Notes: generated by a model not told the origin, from the letters alone. DNA of 62,142 bases, filler included, from 7 parts of 7 records of this genome joined end to end with filler, not necessarily neighbours in it, one strand, 5' to 3'; positions 19,724 to 30,145 are shown, numbered from the whole stretch's first letter. Program-made: numbers and translations.

Positions 19724-20554
19724 ATGACTGTTCAGAACTCGGTCCTGACCCATACGAGCGCCGTGCTTGCGCTCCGGACCTTGAAATCAATCAACACCGA
19801 GAGCGACGCAATTCAGAAGCATCTGTCGACCGGACTTCGTATATCCGGCGCAACGGACAGTGCCTCGAATTACGCGATCGCGCAGGGGCTGCGCAGCGAA
19901 CTTGCCGCCTTCGATGCCGTCAATCAGGGGCTGCACGCGGTAATCGGTCTGACCAAAGTCTCCATGGCGGCGGCGACGGCGGTTTCCAATACACTCAAGG
20001 ATATGCGGGCAAAAGCCGTCGAGGGGCGGAACGAAGGGTTGACGGACCAGCAGCGCATCATCGTTGCGGCGGACTTTATCGGCATGCGGGACCAGCTTGA
20101 CGACATGGTCGTCAACCAGGCCTCCTTCAACGGGCGCAACATCCTGCAAGACGGATCATCATCGGTGAATGTGCTGATCAATCTGCAGGGCGACAGCTAC
20201 ACCATCGACAATTACGAAATTCAGGCCATCAATCTTCAACTCGGCCTGCCGGACGCCAATCTGGACAATGTGGCGAACGCGACGGCGGCGGAGACATATG
20301 TTGTCGAGGCCATGGGCACTGTCAGCGATGCCTTGGCCGAACTGGGGGCGTCGACGCGCTTTCTGGAGCAACAGATCAGCTTCAATGAAAGCCTGACCGA
20401 TGCGACAGCCGAGGGTCTGGGCAATATTGTCGATGCGGATCTGGCACGGGATTCAGCACGGTTCAACGCTTTGAAGGTGCGTAACGAGCTTTCAATCCAG
20501 GTGGTGAATATCGCCAACCAGCGTCCGAATGTATTGCTGGAGCTGTTGCGCTGA
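19724..20554 (+). CDS. flagellin (short alphaproteobacterial type)
   Basis: LSTGLRISGATD, ASFNGRNIL, C-terminal GNIVDADLARDSA..L..IANQRP..LLEL; RBS GGGGGA before ATG 19724. Confidence 0.9.
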   Translation: MTVQNSVLTHTSAVLALRTLKSINTESDAIQKHLSTGLRISGATDSASNYAIAQGLRSELAAFDAVNQGLHAVIGLTKVSMAAATAVSNTLKDMRAKAVEGRNEGLTDQQRIIVAADFIGMRDQLDDMVVNQASFNGRNILQDGSSSVNVLINLQGDSYTIDNYEIQAINLQLGLPDANLDNVANATAAETYVVEAMGTVSDALAELGASTRFLEQQISFNESLTDATAEGLGNIVDADLARDSARFNALKVRNELSIQVVNIANQRPNVLLELLR

Positions 20555-20573
20555 TCCGGCCGTTCCCGACTGT

Positions 20574-21851
20574 TTATTTCGAAAGCCCGAGCAGGTCCCG
20601 CATCTTGAACCAGGCCATGCCAAGGGCAAGAACGGCCGTGCGGGCGGGGCCGCCGGGAAAACGCAGGTTGGGCAGGCGGGCGAACATGTCGAGCCGCTCG
20701 GCGTCCCCGGCCACGGCTTCGGCTATGATCTTGCCGGCAAAGCCGGTCAGGGCGAGCCCGTGTCCGGAGAAACCCTGCGCATAATAGATATTGCTGCCGA
20801 TCCGCCCGAAATCAGGCATCCGGCTGGTGGTGATGGCGATTTTCCCGGACCAGGCATAGTCGATCGCAACATCGCTCAGTTCCGGATAGACCTTGGCCAT
20901 CCGCCGCCGCAGGGCGTCCGCCGCATTCGTGATCGGCCGGCCGGAATAACTGGCGAGGCCGCCGAACAGCAGGCGGTTGTCCACGGTCCTGCGGAAATAG
21001 TTGAGGGCGGTGTTCGAGTCCGCGACGGCCTCTTCTCCGGGCAGAATGCGGGAGACCTGATCAGCACTCAGCGGGGCCGTGGCGGCAACGGCGCTGAGCA
21101 CGGGGGCGACGCGGTAACGGATTTCCGGCACGAGTTCGTCGAGATATGCATTACCGGCCAGGACCAGCATCCGTGCCTTGAGGCGGCCGGTCGCGGTTTC
21201 GATCATGACCGCCGAACCCTTCCGGATGGAGATGGCCCGGCTTTCCTCGAAGATTTTGGCGCCGGCATCCTGGGCGGCTTGTGCCAGACCGTAGAGATAA
21301 CCGAGCGGGTTCATATGTCCGCTGCCATGCTCCAGCAGCGACGCTGTATATAGCTGCGAGCCGGTTGCTGCTTCCGTCTCGGCGCGATTCAGCATTTTGA
21401 GGTCGGTGAAGCCATAGGTTTTCGACCAGGACTCGGCCATCTCCTCCAGCCCGCGCTCCTGCCTGCGGTTGAGGGCGGCGTGGATGTAGCCGCGCCGGTA
21501 ATCCGCCTTGATGGCGTGGCGGGCAATACGGGTCTGGATGTCCTCGATGGCTTCGTTGGCCATGGCCCAGAACCGTTGAGCCGCTTCTAGTCCGGCGGCG
21601 CGTTCAAACGCTTCCATGCCGCTGCTGTAGCCCAGGCAGATCTGACCGCCATTGCGGCCCGAGGCACCGTCGCCGATCCGTCCGGCTTCGAGCAGAACCG
21701 TATCGTATCCGCGCTCCGCCAGATGCAGGGCTGCCGAGACACCGGTCAGGCCGCCGCCGATGATGCAAATATCTGCGTCGATTTCGCCGGTCAGCTGCTG
21801 ACGCTGCTCGTGCTCGGATGTGAATGCATGGTAATAGGTTGCGGTAGTCAT
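20574..21851 (-). CDS. FAD-dependent oxidoreductase (PuuB/OrdL-like gamma-glutamylputrescine oxidase)
   Basis: IIGGGLTG, GASGRNGG, YAQGFSGHG. Confidence 0.85.
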   Translation of the reverse strand: MTTATYYHAFTSEHEQRQQLTGEIDADICIIGGGLTGVSAALHLAERGYDTVLLEAGRIGDGASGRNGGQICLGYSSGMEAFERAAGLEAAQRFWAMANEAIEDIQTRIARHAIKADYRRGYIHAALNRRQERGLEEMAESWSKTYGFTDLKMLNRAETEAATGSQLYTASLLEHGSGHMNPLGYLYGLAQAAQDAGAKIFEESRAISIRKGSAVMIETATGRLKARMLVLAGNAYLDELVPEIRYRVAPVLSAVAATAPLSADQVSRILPGEEAVADSNTALNYFRRTVDNRLLFGGLASYSGRPITNAADALRRRMAKVYPELSDVAIDYAWSGKIAITTSRMPDFGRIGSNIYYAQGFSGHGLALTGFAGKIIAEAVAGDAERLDMFARLPNLRFPGGPARTAVLALGMAWFKMRDLLGLSK

Positions 21852-21944
21852 CGCGCTTATCCGTTTTCAGATATCGGAGCCCTATCACGCTTGTCGTCCC
21901 TGGGCGAGGCGCATGATCATAGTGAAACGGCTCGCGGAGCATTT

Positions 21945-23288
21945 ATGTCGGTCGATCTTAAATCCTGGATCAGTGAAAGACGGATAACGGAAGTCGAATG
22001 CATGGTTTCCGACCATGCCGGCATCCCCCGCGGCAAGATCCTGCCCGCGGCGAAGTTTCTGGATGGGATTGGGGAACGCGGTCTGCGTCTGCCGGAGGCT
22101 ATCTTCGGTCAGGATGTGACTGGCAGCTATATCGAGGAAAAAGATCTCGATCCGCGGCGCAGCGACATTTTTCTGGCGCCGCAGGCGGATACGATACGGA
22201 TGGTGCCCTGGTACAAGGAACCGACGGCCCAGATTATCAATGACGCCTATTATCAGGATGGCCGTCCGGTCGATATATCGCCGCGCATGGTGCTGAAAAA
22301 GATCTTGCAGCTCTATGCGGACAAGGGTTGGCGTCCGGTCGTCGCGCCGGAGCTGGAGTTCTTCCTCGTCAAGGTGAACCCTGATCCTGATTACCCGCTG
22401 GTGCCTCCTATTGGCCGGTCTGGCCGTCCGGAGACCGCGCGTCAGGCTTTCGGTATCGATGCGGTGAACGAGTTCGATCCGCTGTTCGAGGATATCTACG
22501 ACTATTGCGAGGCGCAGGAGATCGATATCGATACGCTGAGCCATGAGTCCGGCGCCGCGCAGATGGAGATCAACTTCAACCACGGCGATGCGCTGGACCT
22601 TGCGGATCAGACTTTCCTGTTCAAACGGACCGTCCGGCAGGCGGCGCTGGATCACGGCGTCTACGCCACCTTCATGGCAAAACCCATGCAGGATGAGCCA
22701 GGCAGTGCGATGCATGTGCATCAGAGTCTCTACGATGTGACCAGCGGCCGGAATCTCTTTGCGAACGCGGATGGCAGCCATTCCGAGGATTTCCTGCATT
22801 TCATTGGCGGATTGCAGAAATATCTGCCGGCGGCCCTGCCGTTTCTTGCACCCTATGTGAATTCATACCGGCGCCTGATCCCGGACAGCGACGCGCCAAT
22901 CAACATGCACTGGGGTGTCGATAACAGGACCACGGGTCTCCGGGTGCCGATTTCGAAACCAAACGAACGGCGCGTGGAGAACCGGGTCGCTGGCGCGGAC
23001 GTCAATCCCTACCTGGCAATGGCGGCATCGCTTGCATGCGGTTATCTCGGCCTGGTCGAGGAAATCGAGCCCTCGGCGCCGATCGAGACCAGTGCCTATG
23101 CGCTGGCCGCGAAACTGCCGCGCCATCTGGAAGACGCCTTGTTGAGGCTGAACCGGGCCAAGCCGCTGAAGGAGATCATGGGGCAGCGTTTTGTCGACGT
23201 CTTCACTTCCGTGAAACTGGCGGAATCGGCGGCCTATCAGAAGGTTATCAGTGCCTGGGAGCGGGAGTATTTGCTCCTCAATGTCTGA
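21945..23288 (+). CDS. glutamine synthetase family protein (PuuA-like gamma-glutamylamide ligase)
   Basis: APELEFFL, HESGAAQMEIN, FMAKP..PGSAMHVH, RVENRVAGADVNPY; ATG at 21945. Confidence 0.88.
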   Translation: MSVDLKSWISERRITEVECMVSDHAGIPRGKILPAAKFLDGIGERGLRLPEAIFGQDVTGSYIEEKDLDPRRSDIFLAPQADTIRMVPWYKEPTAQIINDAYYQDGRPVDISPRMVLKKILQLYADKGWRPVVAPELEFFLVKVNPDPDYPLVPPIGRSGRPETARQAFGIDAVNEFDPLFEDIYDYCEAQEIDIDTLSHESGAAQMEINFNHGDALDLADQTFLFKRTVRQAALDHGVYATFMAKPMQDEPGSAMHVHQSLYDVTSGRNLFANADGSHSEDFLHFIGGLQKYLPAALPFLAPYVNSYRRLIPDSDAPINMHWGVDNRTTGLRVPISKPNERRVENRVAGADVNPYLAMAASLACGYLGLVEEIEPSAPIETSAYALAAKLPRHLEDALLRLNRAKPLKEIMGQRFVDVFTSVKLAESAAYQKVISAWEREYLLLNV

Positions 23289-24240
23289 TGTGAGTGATCT
23301 GGGGCCGATCCCGACCATCGAAAGCACCGGCGGCACCGTCGAGTTTCCCAAAATGGCGGACGGGGTCCGGATCCGCATTGCCACCTTTCCCGCTCCGGCG
23401 GGAGGGACGGCAGGTACTATTCTGATGCTGACGGGCTTCACGGAGTTCATTGAGAAGGGGCTGGAGAGCATTGCTGCTCTCCGTGCGCGCGGATACGGCG
23501 TCGTCACGTTCGACTGGCGCGGGCAGGGGCTTTCCGACCGGTTGCTGCCGCATCGCCGCAAGGGCCATATTTCCGACATGCAGCATTTCCTCAACGATCT
23601 GGAGGAGGTGTTGCGGGTAACGCGGTTCGCGGAGCTGCCGGGGCCGCGCGTCATCATGGGGCATTCCATGGGCGGGCATCTGGCCCTGCGGGCGGTCCAC
23701 GATCATCCGGATCTCTTCGAGCGCGCGGTCCTGTGCGCGCCGATGGCTGACATTCTTACGGGAACCTGGCCACGGATGCTTGCCTATGGTCTGGCGAAAA
23801 CGGCGGTGCGTCTTGGTCTGGGAGATTGTTTCATTCCCGGAGCGGGTCCTTATGTATCGGGCCAGATGCGATACGAGAACAATCCGCTGACAACGGACAA
23901 AGCCCGCTTTGACCGGATTCATGAGCAGATCGCGCTTAACCCGAATGTTGCCCTTGGCGGGCCGACCTTCGCCTGGGTCTATTCGGCGTTCCGGTCTATC
24001 CGGCTGGTCAAACGTCCATCCTATCTTTCGCAAATCCGTATACCGGTATTGATCCTGAGCGCGGGGCTGGAGAAGATCGTGAGCAATGCGGGGCAACGGG
24101 AAGTCGCGGCGATGCTGCCGGATGCGCGGCTTGTCGAGTTCGCGGAGGGTGCACACGAGCTTCTGCTTGAATGCGACAGGGTCCGGCATGGTGTGTGGGC
24201 CGAGATAGACCGGTTCCTTATGAAATCAGCCACAGCCTGA
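23281..24240 (+). CDS. alpha/beta hydrolase (lysophospholipase L2-like)
   Basis: FDWRGQGLS, GHSMGG nucleophile elbow, AHELLLE. Confidence 0.87.
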   Translation: MSDVSDLGPIPTIESTGGTVEFPKMADGVRIRIATFPAPAGGTAGTILMLTGFTEFIEKGLESIAALRARGYGVVTFDWRGQGLSDRLLPHRRKGHISDMQHFLNDLEEVLRVTRFAELPGPRVIMGHSMGGHLALRAVHDHPDLFERAVLCAPMADILTGTWPRMLAYGLAKTAVRLGLGDCFIPGAGPYVSGQMRYENNPLTTDKARFDRIHEQIALNPNVALGGPTFAWVYSAFRSIRLVKRPSYLSQIRIPVLILSAGLEKIVSNAGQREVAAMLPDARLVEFAEGAHELLLECDRVRHGVWAEIDRFLMKSATA

Positions 24241-24315
24241 ATTCCTCCGCTATAGCCGGGGTGTTCACTGTCCGTGGGGCATGATTAGATAGCCTGAAAT
24301 ATAACAAGATTTAAT

Positions 24316-24513
24316 ATGGAGGAAAAACCGGTGCTCCTGATCGAGCGTTTGTTTGCCAGTTTGACGAGCTGGCTCTGCAACCTGTGCGATGTGACGCAGG
24401 TGGATATCGACATGCACAAGGAGCGGGAATTCGGCATCAAGGCCGTCCCGCATCATGCCGAGAGTATGGAAGCTGCTAGCCGGGCTCAGCTCGTGGTGCG
24501 CTTCGGGCGATAA
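24316..24513 (+). CDS. possible small hypothetical protein
   Basis: 65-aa ORF in an otherwise empty interval after an AT-rich stretch; no motif. Confidence 0.35.
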   Translation: MEEKPVLLIERLFASLTSWLCNLCDVTQVDIDMHKEREFGIKAVPHHAESMEAASRAQLVVRFGR

Positions 24514-24611
24514 ACTTGAACTCTTTTTATCGGGAAGGGCATGCTTGGTTTTTCGGCATGGGCAGGAGAGTCTGAATTTTAAGAGGTCGGGGTTTTTAGG
24601 AAAGCACGCTG

Positions 24612-25055
24612 ATGGCGCTGCCTCCACATGGTGAGCGGGAAATCTGGACGGAAGGACGCATTTTTTTCTCAAGAAATGCCGGTCCGTTCAATTTGGAGCT
24701 GCTTCAGAATGCGACCGAAGAATCGCGCGCGGAGCGGATACGGCTGACGAATTCCGGCCCATGGGGAACCATTGCGATCATTCGTAACAGTGTGATGTTC
24801 ACGCCAGAAGCGCTCGATATGGTCCGCAGCAATATGTCTGATCCGGTGCGAAACGGAAAACTCGTGGCCACGGCCTTTGTTGTCCCGCTCGGGACCGAGG
24901 GACGAATTTTCTGTAAGGATATTTTCCCCCCGATCTACGCTCTGGCCGGGGCGGCGTTTAGCATGTTCGAGACGCTGGAACCGGCGAAGGCCTGGATTAC
25001 GGAGATGATCGAAAAGGCGGCCGAGAGCCGGCCGCCTGGGCCCGGAACGTTATAG
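24612..25055 (+). CDS. hypothetical protein (possible STAS/SpoIIAA-like fold)
   Basis: HG..EIWTEG..GPFN start and C-terminal FETLEPAKAWI pattern; RBS AGGA. Confidence 0.6.
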   Translation: MALPPHGEREIWTEGRIFFSRNAGPFNLELLQNATEESRAERIRLTNSGPWGTIAIIRNSVMFTPEALDMVRSNMSDPVRNGKLVATAFVVPLGTEGRIFCKDIFPPIYALAGAAFSMFETLEPAKAWITEMIEKAAESRPPGPGTL

Positions 25056-25090
25056 TCCGCGCGCTATTTTAGCTGGCGGTTTCAGCCGGA

Positions 25091-26263
25091 TCAGAACCAG
25101 CGCCGGATCAGCCGGAAGGCGAGTGGTGCCAGGATGACGATGAAGGCGATACGGAACAGGTGGTGAGTGGCAACGAAAGCCACATCCTGACCGATGCCGA
25201 GCGCAACCATGCTCATCTCCGCGAGACCGCCGGGAGCATAAGCCAGCACCAGCACGTACCAGGGCAGACCGGTGATGTCCTGCAGCAGGAAGCCCGCGCC
25301 GACGGCGGTGACCAGCAGAATGACCGACGCACCGAAAGACGTGCGGATAATCTTCAATACCTCACTGACGGCCGTGCCGGCGAAGCGGCAACCGACACCG
25401 GTGCCGAGCACGACCTGTGCCGCGGCTATCAGCATGCTTGGCGGCGCGCTTTTGCTCAGGCCGGTGAGATGAACGGCCATGCTTAGCACCATGGCGCCGA
25501 GCAGGGGCGCGGCAGGCAGCTTCAGGCGCATGGCGATGACCGGCCCGATGACCGCGCAGCCCACCATAAGAGCCCATTCATGGGCCGGCAGATCGAAACC
25601 TGAACCGGCCGGCAGCATGCCGGGTTGCGGGTGGTATCCGCCGAACATCCGGAACATGAAGGGGATGATCATGACCACGATGAGGATGCGCGAGGCATGG
25701 GTCAGGGCGATGATTCTTTCATCGCCGCCCATCGCCTTGCCGACGATCACCATCTCGTTGAGACCGCCGGGCGAGGAGGAGAAATAAGCCGTGACCGGAT
25801 CATACCGCGCATAGCGTCTGAGAAAGAGCAGCACCAGAAAGAGCGCGACGATGCCGTAGACCAGCAGGCCGGTCACCGAAATGGCCCATTTGCCAATATG
25901 GTCCAGCAGAGAGGGGGAGAAGGCGCTGCCGAGCATCACTCCCAGGATGGCCACCATGGCCATGCGTACCTTGGAGGGCAGGCCAATATTGACGCCGGCA
26001 ATTGAGCATATCGTGGTCGCGATCATCGCTCCCATCATCCAGGGCAGGGGGAGGCGCAGATACGCAAAGAGGAAACCGCCAGCGCTCCCTATGGCGAGAG
26101 CCAGAAGCGCGCGTGGCAGGCCGTTGGGCTCTTTCTTTTCCGGGAGGGGATCGGTCGCTGAATCAGATTCGGATGCGTTGGACGCCTGGATGTCGCTCAA
26201 TTCATGATTCGCTTCGGCGGGTGCCGAACGCTTTCTTGCATGTCGGGGTAGGACCCCCAGCAT
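25091..26263 (-). CDS. AbrB family membrane protein (start uncertain)
   Basis: PLPWMMGAM; duplicated SPGGLNEM / APGGLAEM motifs. Confidence 0.88.
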   Translation of the reverse strand: MLGVLPRHARKRSAPAEANHELSDIQASNASESDSATDPLPEKKEPNGLPRALLALAIGSAGGFLFAYLRLPLPWMMGAMIATTICSIAGVNIGLPSKVRMAMVAILGVMLGSAFSPSLLDHIGKWAISVTGLLVYGIVALFLVLLFLRRYARYDPVTAYFSSSPGGLNEMVIVGKAMGGDERIIALTHASRILIVVMIIPFMFRMFGGYHPQPGMLPAGSGFDLPAHEWALMVGCAVIGPVIAMRLKLPAAPLLGAMVLSMAVHLTGLSKSAPPSMLIAAAQVVLGTGVGCRFAGTAVSEVLKIIRTSFGASVILLVTAVGAGFLLQDITGLPWYVLVLAYAPGGLAEMSMVALGIGQDVAFVATHHLFRIAFIVILAPLAFRLIRRWF

Positions 26264-26280
26264 AGAGCAATTGATTGTCT

Positions 26281-27255
26281 CTATTCAACAAATCGGCCAA
26301 GCCTGACGGCGGTCAGGCCGCGGCTCAATCGCCGCGAAGGCATGATCAGGACGCAATTGTCATGTGGCGTTCTTATGGAGATATCCCCGTCGCGGCCGAT
26401 TTCCGTCCCTGCCCGGGGGATAATCTCCATGCCGATATATTCTTCGTGGAAATGGAAATAGTCAGAAGTGACAGTAATCACGTCCGTGATCTCGATAACG
26501 GTTTGTGCGGCCGTGTCGGGCGCGGTCACATGCTGCTCCATGGTGTCGTCATCAATCATGTCCATGGCGCGCAGGAAGCGATAGGTCACGTCCACGGCGA
26601 CATTCGCTGCGGAGCGGGACCAGTGTTGGCCGCATTCGACCAGCAGGGCGCTGCGCGGATCTTCCGGATCGTCGAAAAAATCATAGTCGCGCATCCTGCG
26701 GCCGGAAGCGTGACCCGCATCAAGAACGACAAGACCTGGGGCTCCGACGCTCTCGGCAAGGAGCCGGCCTTTCCTGTGACGCCCGGCCAGGACAAGCGGT
26801 TCAGTCGCATTTTGCATGGAATGAATGTCGAGCAGGAAATCCGCTTCATCGACGATCGGACGAATCTCGCGTGCCCGGTCCCGTTCGATGCTGCGGGTAT
26901 CGCTTTCCAGGATATCGACATCCCAGACCCGGTTGAAATCCTCGTCGACAAACCTCGAGAAAGCCGGGTAATCGGGCCGGAATTGGGCGTTGGCTGCAAC
27001 GTTACAGAAACCGAGCGTGAGGGTTCCGGCACGTGGGCGGATATTGCTCCGGAACAGATGGTCGAGTGCAATTGCGCCACAAAGCTCGTTGCCATGGACG
27101 AGGGCGGTGATCAGCACTTTCGGGCCGGCACGGCCGGATTCGAAAGTGGTAAAATAAGGAATATCCCTGTTTCCGACGCGATAGGCGAAAATATCCGGAG
27201 CTTCTACCTCCACGTCATAGTGGTTCAGGATAGGCGCGGGAGCTACGTCGGACAT
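26281..27255 (-). CDS. succinylglutamate desuccinylase/aspartoacylase (M14-like) protein
   Basis: HGNELCG, DFNRVW, LLDIHS, VECGQH. Confidence 0.88.
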   Translation of the reverse strand: MSDVAPAPILNHYDVEVEAPDIFAYRVGNRDIPYFTTFESGRAGPKVLITALVHGNELCGAIALDHLFRSNIRPRAGTLTLGFCNVAANAQFRPDYPAFSRFVDEDFNRVWDVDILESDTRSIERDRAREIRPIVDEADFLLDIHSMQNATEPLVLAGRHRKGRLLAESVGAPGLVVLDAGHASGRRMRDYDFFDDPEDPRSALLVECGQHWSRSAANVAVDVTYRFLRAMDMIDDDTMEQHVTAPDTAAQTVIEITDVITVTSDYFHFHEEYIGMEIIPRAGTEIGRDGDISIRTPHDNCVLIMPSRRLSRGLTAVRLGRFVE

Positions 27256-27475
27256 ACGCAAATTCCTTGGATCGGTGCGCTCTGAACGCTCACCCGGATT
27301 ACCTATGATGGTAAACTGAAGGCTTTCCCGGCGGCAAGCTGCCTCGAGTCTGGTTATTATGTCGACCACTCTTGCCGCATCTCCCTTTATGAGCCATTCT
27401 CCCCCGTATCAAATGGCACCGGACGTGACTTAAACCGGAGCAAAATCAAACTGTGATTATTGACAGGAGGCAGGG

Positions 27476-29086
27476 ATGAAGGCACTGCGCAAGCTAGGTC
27501 TTGCGGCCGTGGCGTTGTCCGCGATGACCGCGAATGTGATGGCGGCCGATATCGTTATTGGTATCCGGTCCGAACCGTCCTCAATGGACCCGTACTTCCA
27601 TAACCTGACGCCGAATAACGGCATGATCGGGCATGTTTTTACGCGTCTTGTAGGCTTTGACGAAAATCAGCAGCTGTTCCCGAGCATCGCTGAATCGTGG
27701 AAAACGATCAACGACACGACCTGGGAAATCAAGCTGCGTAAAGGTTTGAAATTCCACGACGGTTCCGACGTGACGGTCGACGATGTGATCTTCTCGTTCG
27801 AGCGTGCTGACGGCTATGAAGGCGGCAACTCCAGCTTCCGGACCTATACCAAGGGCAAGAAGCTGGTGAAGGTCGACGACCTCACGCTGCACATTGTGAC
27901 CGAGAAGCCATATCCCTTGATGCCGAATGATCTGACCACGGTCATGATCATGTCCTCGGAAGCCAAGGGCACGGACAGCTCCGGCAAGAACAAGGGCATT
28001 TCCGCCAAGGACTTCAATGACGGCACAGCGGCTATTGGTGCTGGCCCGTACAAGTTCGTTGAATGGAAAAAGGGCGAAGAGCTCGTTCTTGAGAAGTTCG
28101 ACGGCTATGTCGGCCCGATGGCCCAGACCTGGGACAAGGTAACCTTCAAGTTCATCAAGTCCGAGCCGGCCCGTGTTGCAGCTCTGCTCGCCGGCGATGT
28201 CGATGCGATCGACAACGTCCCGACGATCGATGTGGAGCGGCTGAAGAAGGATCCGCGGATCACTCTCAGCTCCGGTATTTCAAATCGGATCATCTATCTT
28301 CACATGGATCAGTTCCGTGAGAAGTCCCCGTTCGTGACGGCCAAGGACGGTAGCGCGCTGGACAAAAACCCGCTGCTGGACCCGCGCGTCCGCAAGGCCC
28401 TGTCCAAGATGATCAACCGCGAAGCCATCGTTAAGCGGGTGATGGAAGGCGTTGCCATTCCTGCCGGTCAGTTGCTGCCGGAAGGTTTCTTCGGCGTGTC
28501 TCCGAACCTCAAGGTCGAAGCCTATGATCCGGCTGGTGCGAAAAAGCTGCTGGCGGAAGCCGGTTATCCGGACGGCTTCGCTCTGACCGTTCATGGTCCG
28601 AACGACCGTTACATCAACGACGCCAAGATCCTGGAAGCGATCGGTCAGCTGTTTACCGGTAACGGTATCCCGACCAAAGTTGTGACCATGACCAAGAACG
28701 TCTTCTTCAAGCGGGCCTCCTCGGGCGCCGACGGTGAGCCGGAATTCAGCCTCGTGCTGGTCGGCTGGGGCTCGGGCACCGGTGAAGCTTCCTCTCCGCT
28801 GAAGTCACTTCTGGCGACGCATGACAAGTCGAAGGGCATGGGCGCGTCCAACCGTGGTCGCCACTCCAACCCGAAGATGGACGAGATGCTGCTTGAAGCA
28901 CTGGCAACAGTGGACGATGCGAAGCGCGGTGAACTCCTTGCCAAGGCAACCGATATTGCCATCGGTGAAGATCAGGGCATCATCCCGCTGCATTACCAGG
29001 TCAATACCTGGGCTTCGAAGAAGGGCATCAAGTACACTCCTCGTACAGATGAGCGTACGTTGGCGACTGATTTCGTTGCTGAATAA
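27476..29086 (+). CDS. peptide/nickel ABC transporter substrate-binding protein (SBP family 5)
   Basis: Signal peptide, KLRKGLKFHDG, GAGPYKF, DPRVRKALS. Confidence 0.93.
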   Translation: MKALRKLGLAAVALSAMTANVMAADIVIGIRSEPSSMDPYFHNLTPNNGMIGHVFTRLVGFDENQQLFPSIAESWKTINDTTWEIKLRKGLKFHDGSDVTVDDVIFSFERADGYEGGNSSFRTYTKGKKLVKVDDLTLHIVTEKPYPLMPNDLTTVMIMSSEAKGTDSSGKNKGISAKDFNDGTAAIGAGPYKFVEWKKGEELVLEKFDGYVGPMAQTWDKVTFKFIKSEPARVAALLAGDVDAIDNVPTIDVERLKKDPRITLSSGISNRIIYLHMDQFREKSPFVTAKDGSALDKNPLLDPRVRKALSKMINREAIVKRVMEGVAIPAGQLLPEGFFGVSPNLKVEAYDPAGAKKLLAEAGYPDGFALTVHGPNDRYINDAKILEAIGQLFTGNGIPTKVVTMTKNVFFKRASSGADGEPEFSLVLVGWGSGTGEASSPLKSLLATHDKSKGMGASNRGRHSNPKMDEMLLEALATVDDAKRGELLAKATDIAIGEDQGIIPLHYQVNTWASKKGIKYTPRTDERTLATDFVAE

Positions 29087-29110
29087 GAATAATAAATAAA
29101 CTTTCGGATT

Positions 29111-29143
29111 ACAGCCGGGCCAGGCGGCCCGGCTGTGTTCTTC
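29111..29143 (+). terminator. stem-loop after the SBP gene (attenuator or mRNA stabiliser)
   Basis: ACAGCCGGGC-loop-GCCCGGCTGT then GTTCTTC. Confidence 0.6.
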
Positions 29144-29167
29144 AACATGCTGGTGTCGGGATAAAGA

Positions 29168-30145
29168 ATGACCGTCTTCGTCATTCGCCGCCTTATGCAG
29201 GCGGCTCTTGTTGTGCTCATCATGTCGCTGCTTGTGTTCGGCGGCGTCTTTCTCGTCGGTGATCCCGTCGAGATGCTGGTCGCGGATGACGCGGATCAGG
29301 CTGAGCGAGAGGCAATCATCAAGTCCATGGGACTCGATTTGCCATTTTATATGCAGTACCTGCGCTTTATCGGGCACGCGCTGCAGGGGGACATGGGGAA
29401 TTCCTTCGTGTTCCAGGAATCCGCGATGCACTTGATCGCAGAGCGCATGCCAGCCACGTTCGAGCTGGCTTTCGCCGCGCTGTTCATCGCTGTGGTTTTG
29501 GGAATTCCGCTCGGCATCTATGCCGGTCTGAATGCCAATTCCTGGATTTCTAAAACCATTATGACGAGCTCGATCCTCGGCTTCAGCCTGCCGACCTTCT
29601 GGGTGGGCATCATGATGATTCTATTCTTTGCCGTGATCATGGGCTGGCTGCCCTCGACTGGCCGGGGCGAAACAGTCGACGTGTTTGGTGTCCCCTTGAG
29701 TTTTCTGACCCTTGACGGGTTGCAACACCTGATCTTACCGGCGGTGAACCTTGCGCTATTCAAGCTGTCCATGGTGATCCGTCTGGCCCGTGCGGGAACC
29801 CGCGAGGTTGTCCATCAGGACTACATCAAGTTCGCCCGGGCCAAGGGGCTGAGCGACACCCGCATCATCGGTGTGCATCTGTTCAAGAACATCATGATCC
29901 CGGTGGTGACCGTTCTCGGACTTGAGTTCGGCGGCCTGGTCGCGTTCTCGGTCGTAACCGAGTCCGTGTTCGCCTGGCCGGGTATGGGCAAGTTGCTGAT
30001 CGACTCGATCAACTTCCTCGACCGTCCCGTAATCGTGGCCTATCTGATGTTCGTCGTGGTGCTGTTCGTCTTCATCAATCTTATCGTCGACGTACTCTAT
30101 TCGGTGCTTGATCCGAGAGTTCGCCTTCAGGAGATGAAGTCATGA
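29168..30145 (+). CDS. peptide ABC transporter permease (DppB-like)
   Basis: PATFEL, YIKFARAKGL, ESVFAWPGMG, LDPRV. Confidence 0.93.
   Translation: MTVFVIRRLMQAALVVLIMSLLVFGGVFLVGDPVEMLVADDADQAEREAIIKSMGLDLPFYMQYLRFIGHALQGDMGNSFVFQESAMHLIAERMPATFELAFAALFIAVVLGIPLGIYAGLNANSWISKTIMTSSILGFSLPTFWVGIMMILFFAVIMGWLPSTGRGETVDVFGVPLSFLTLDGLQHLILPAVNLALFKLSMVIRLARAGTREVVHQDYIKFARAKGLSDTRIIGVHLFKNIMIPVVTVLGLEFGGLVAFSVVTESVFAWPGMGKLLIDSINFLDRPVIVAYLMFVVVLFVFINLIVDVLYSVLDPRVRLQEMKS

Noticed and set aside
20529-27285. Long antisense ORFs (20529-21353, 21885-22799, 23278-24189, 26275-27285)
   Set aside because: They are shadows of well-supported genes in GC-rich DNA and carry no motifs.
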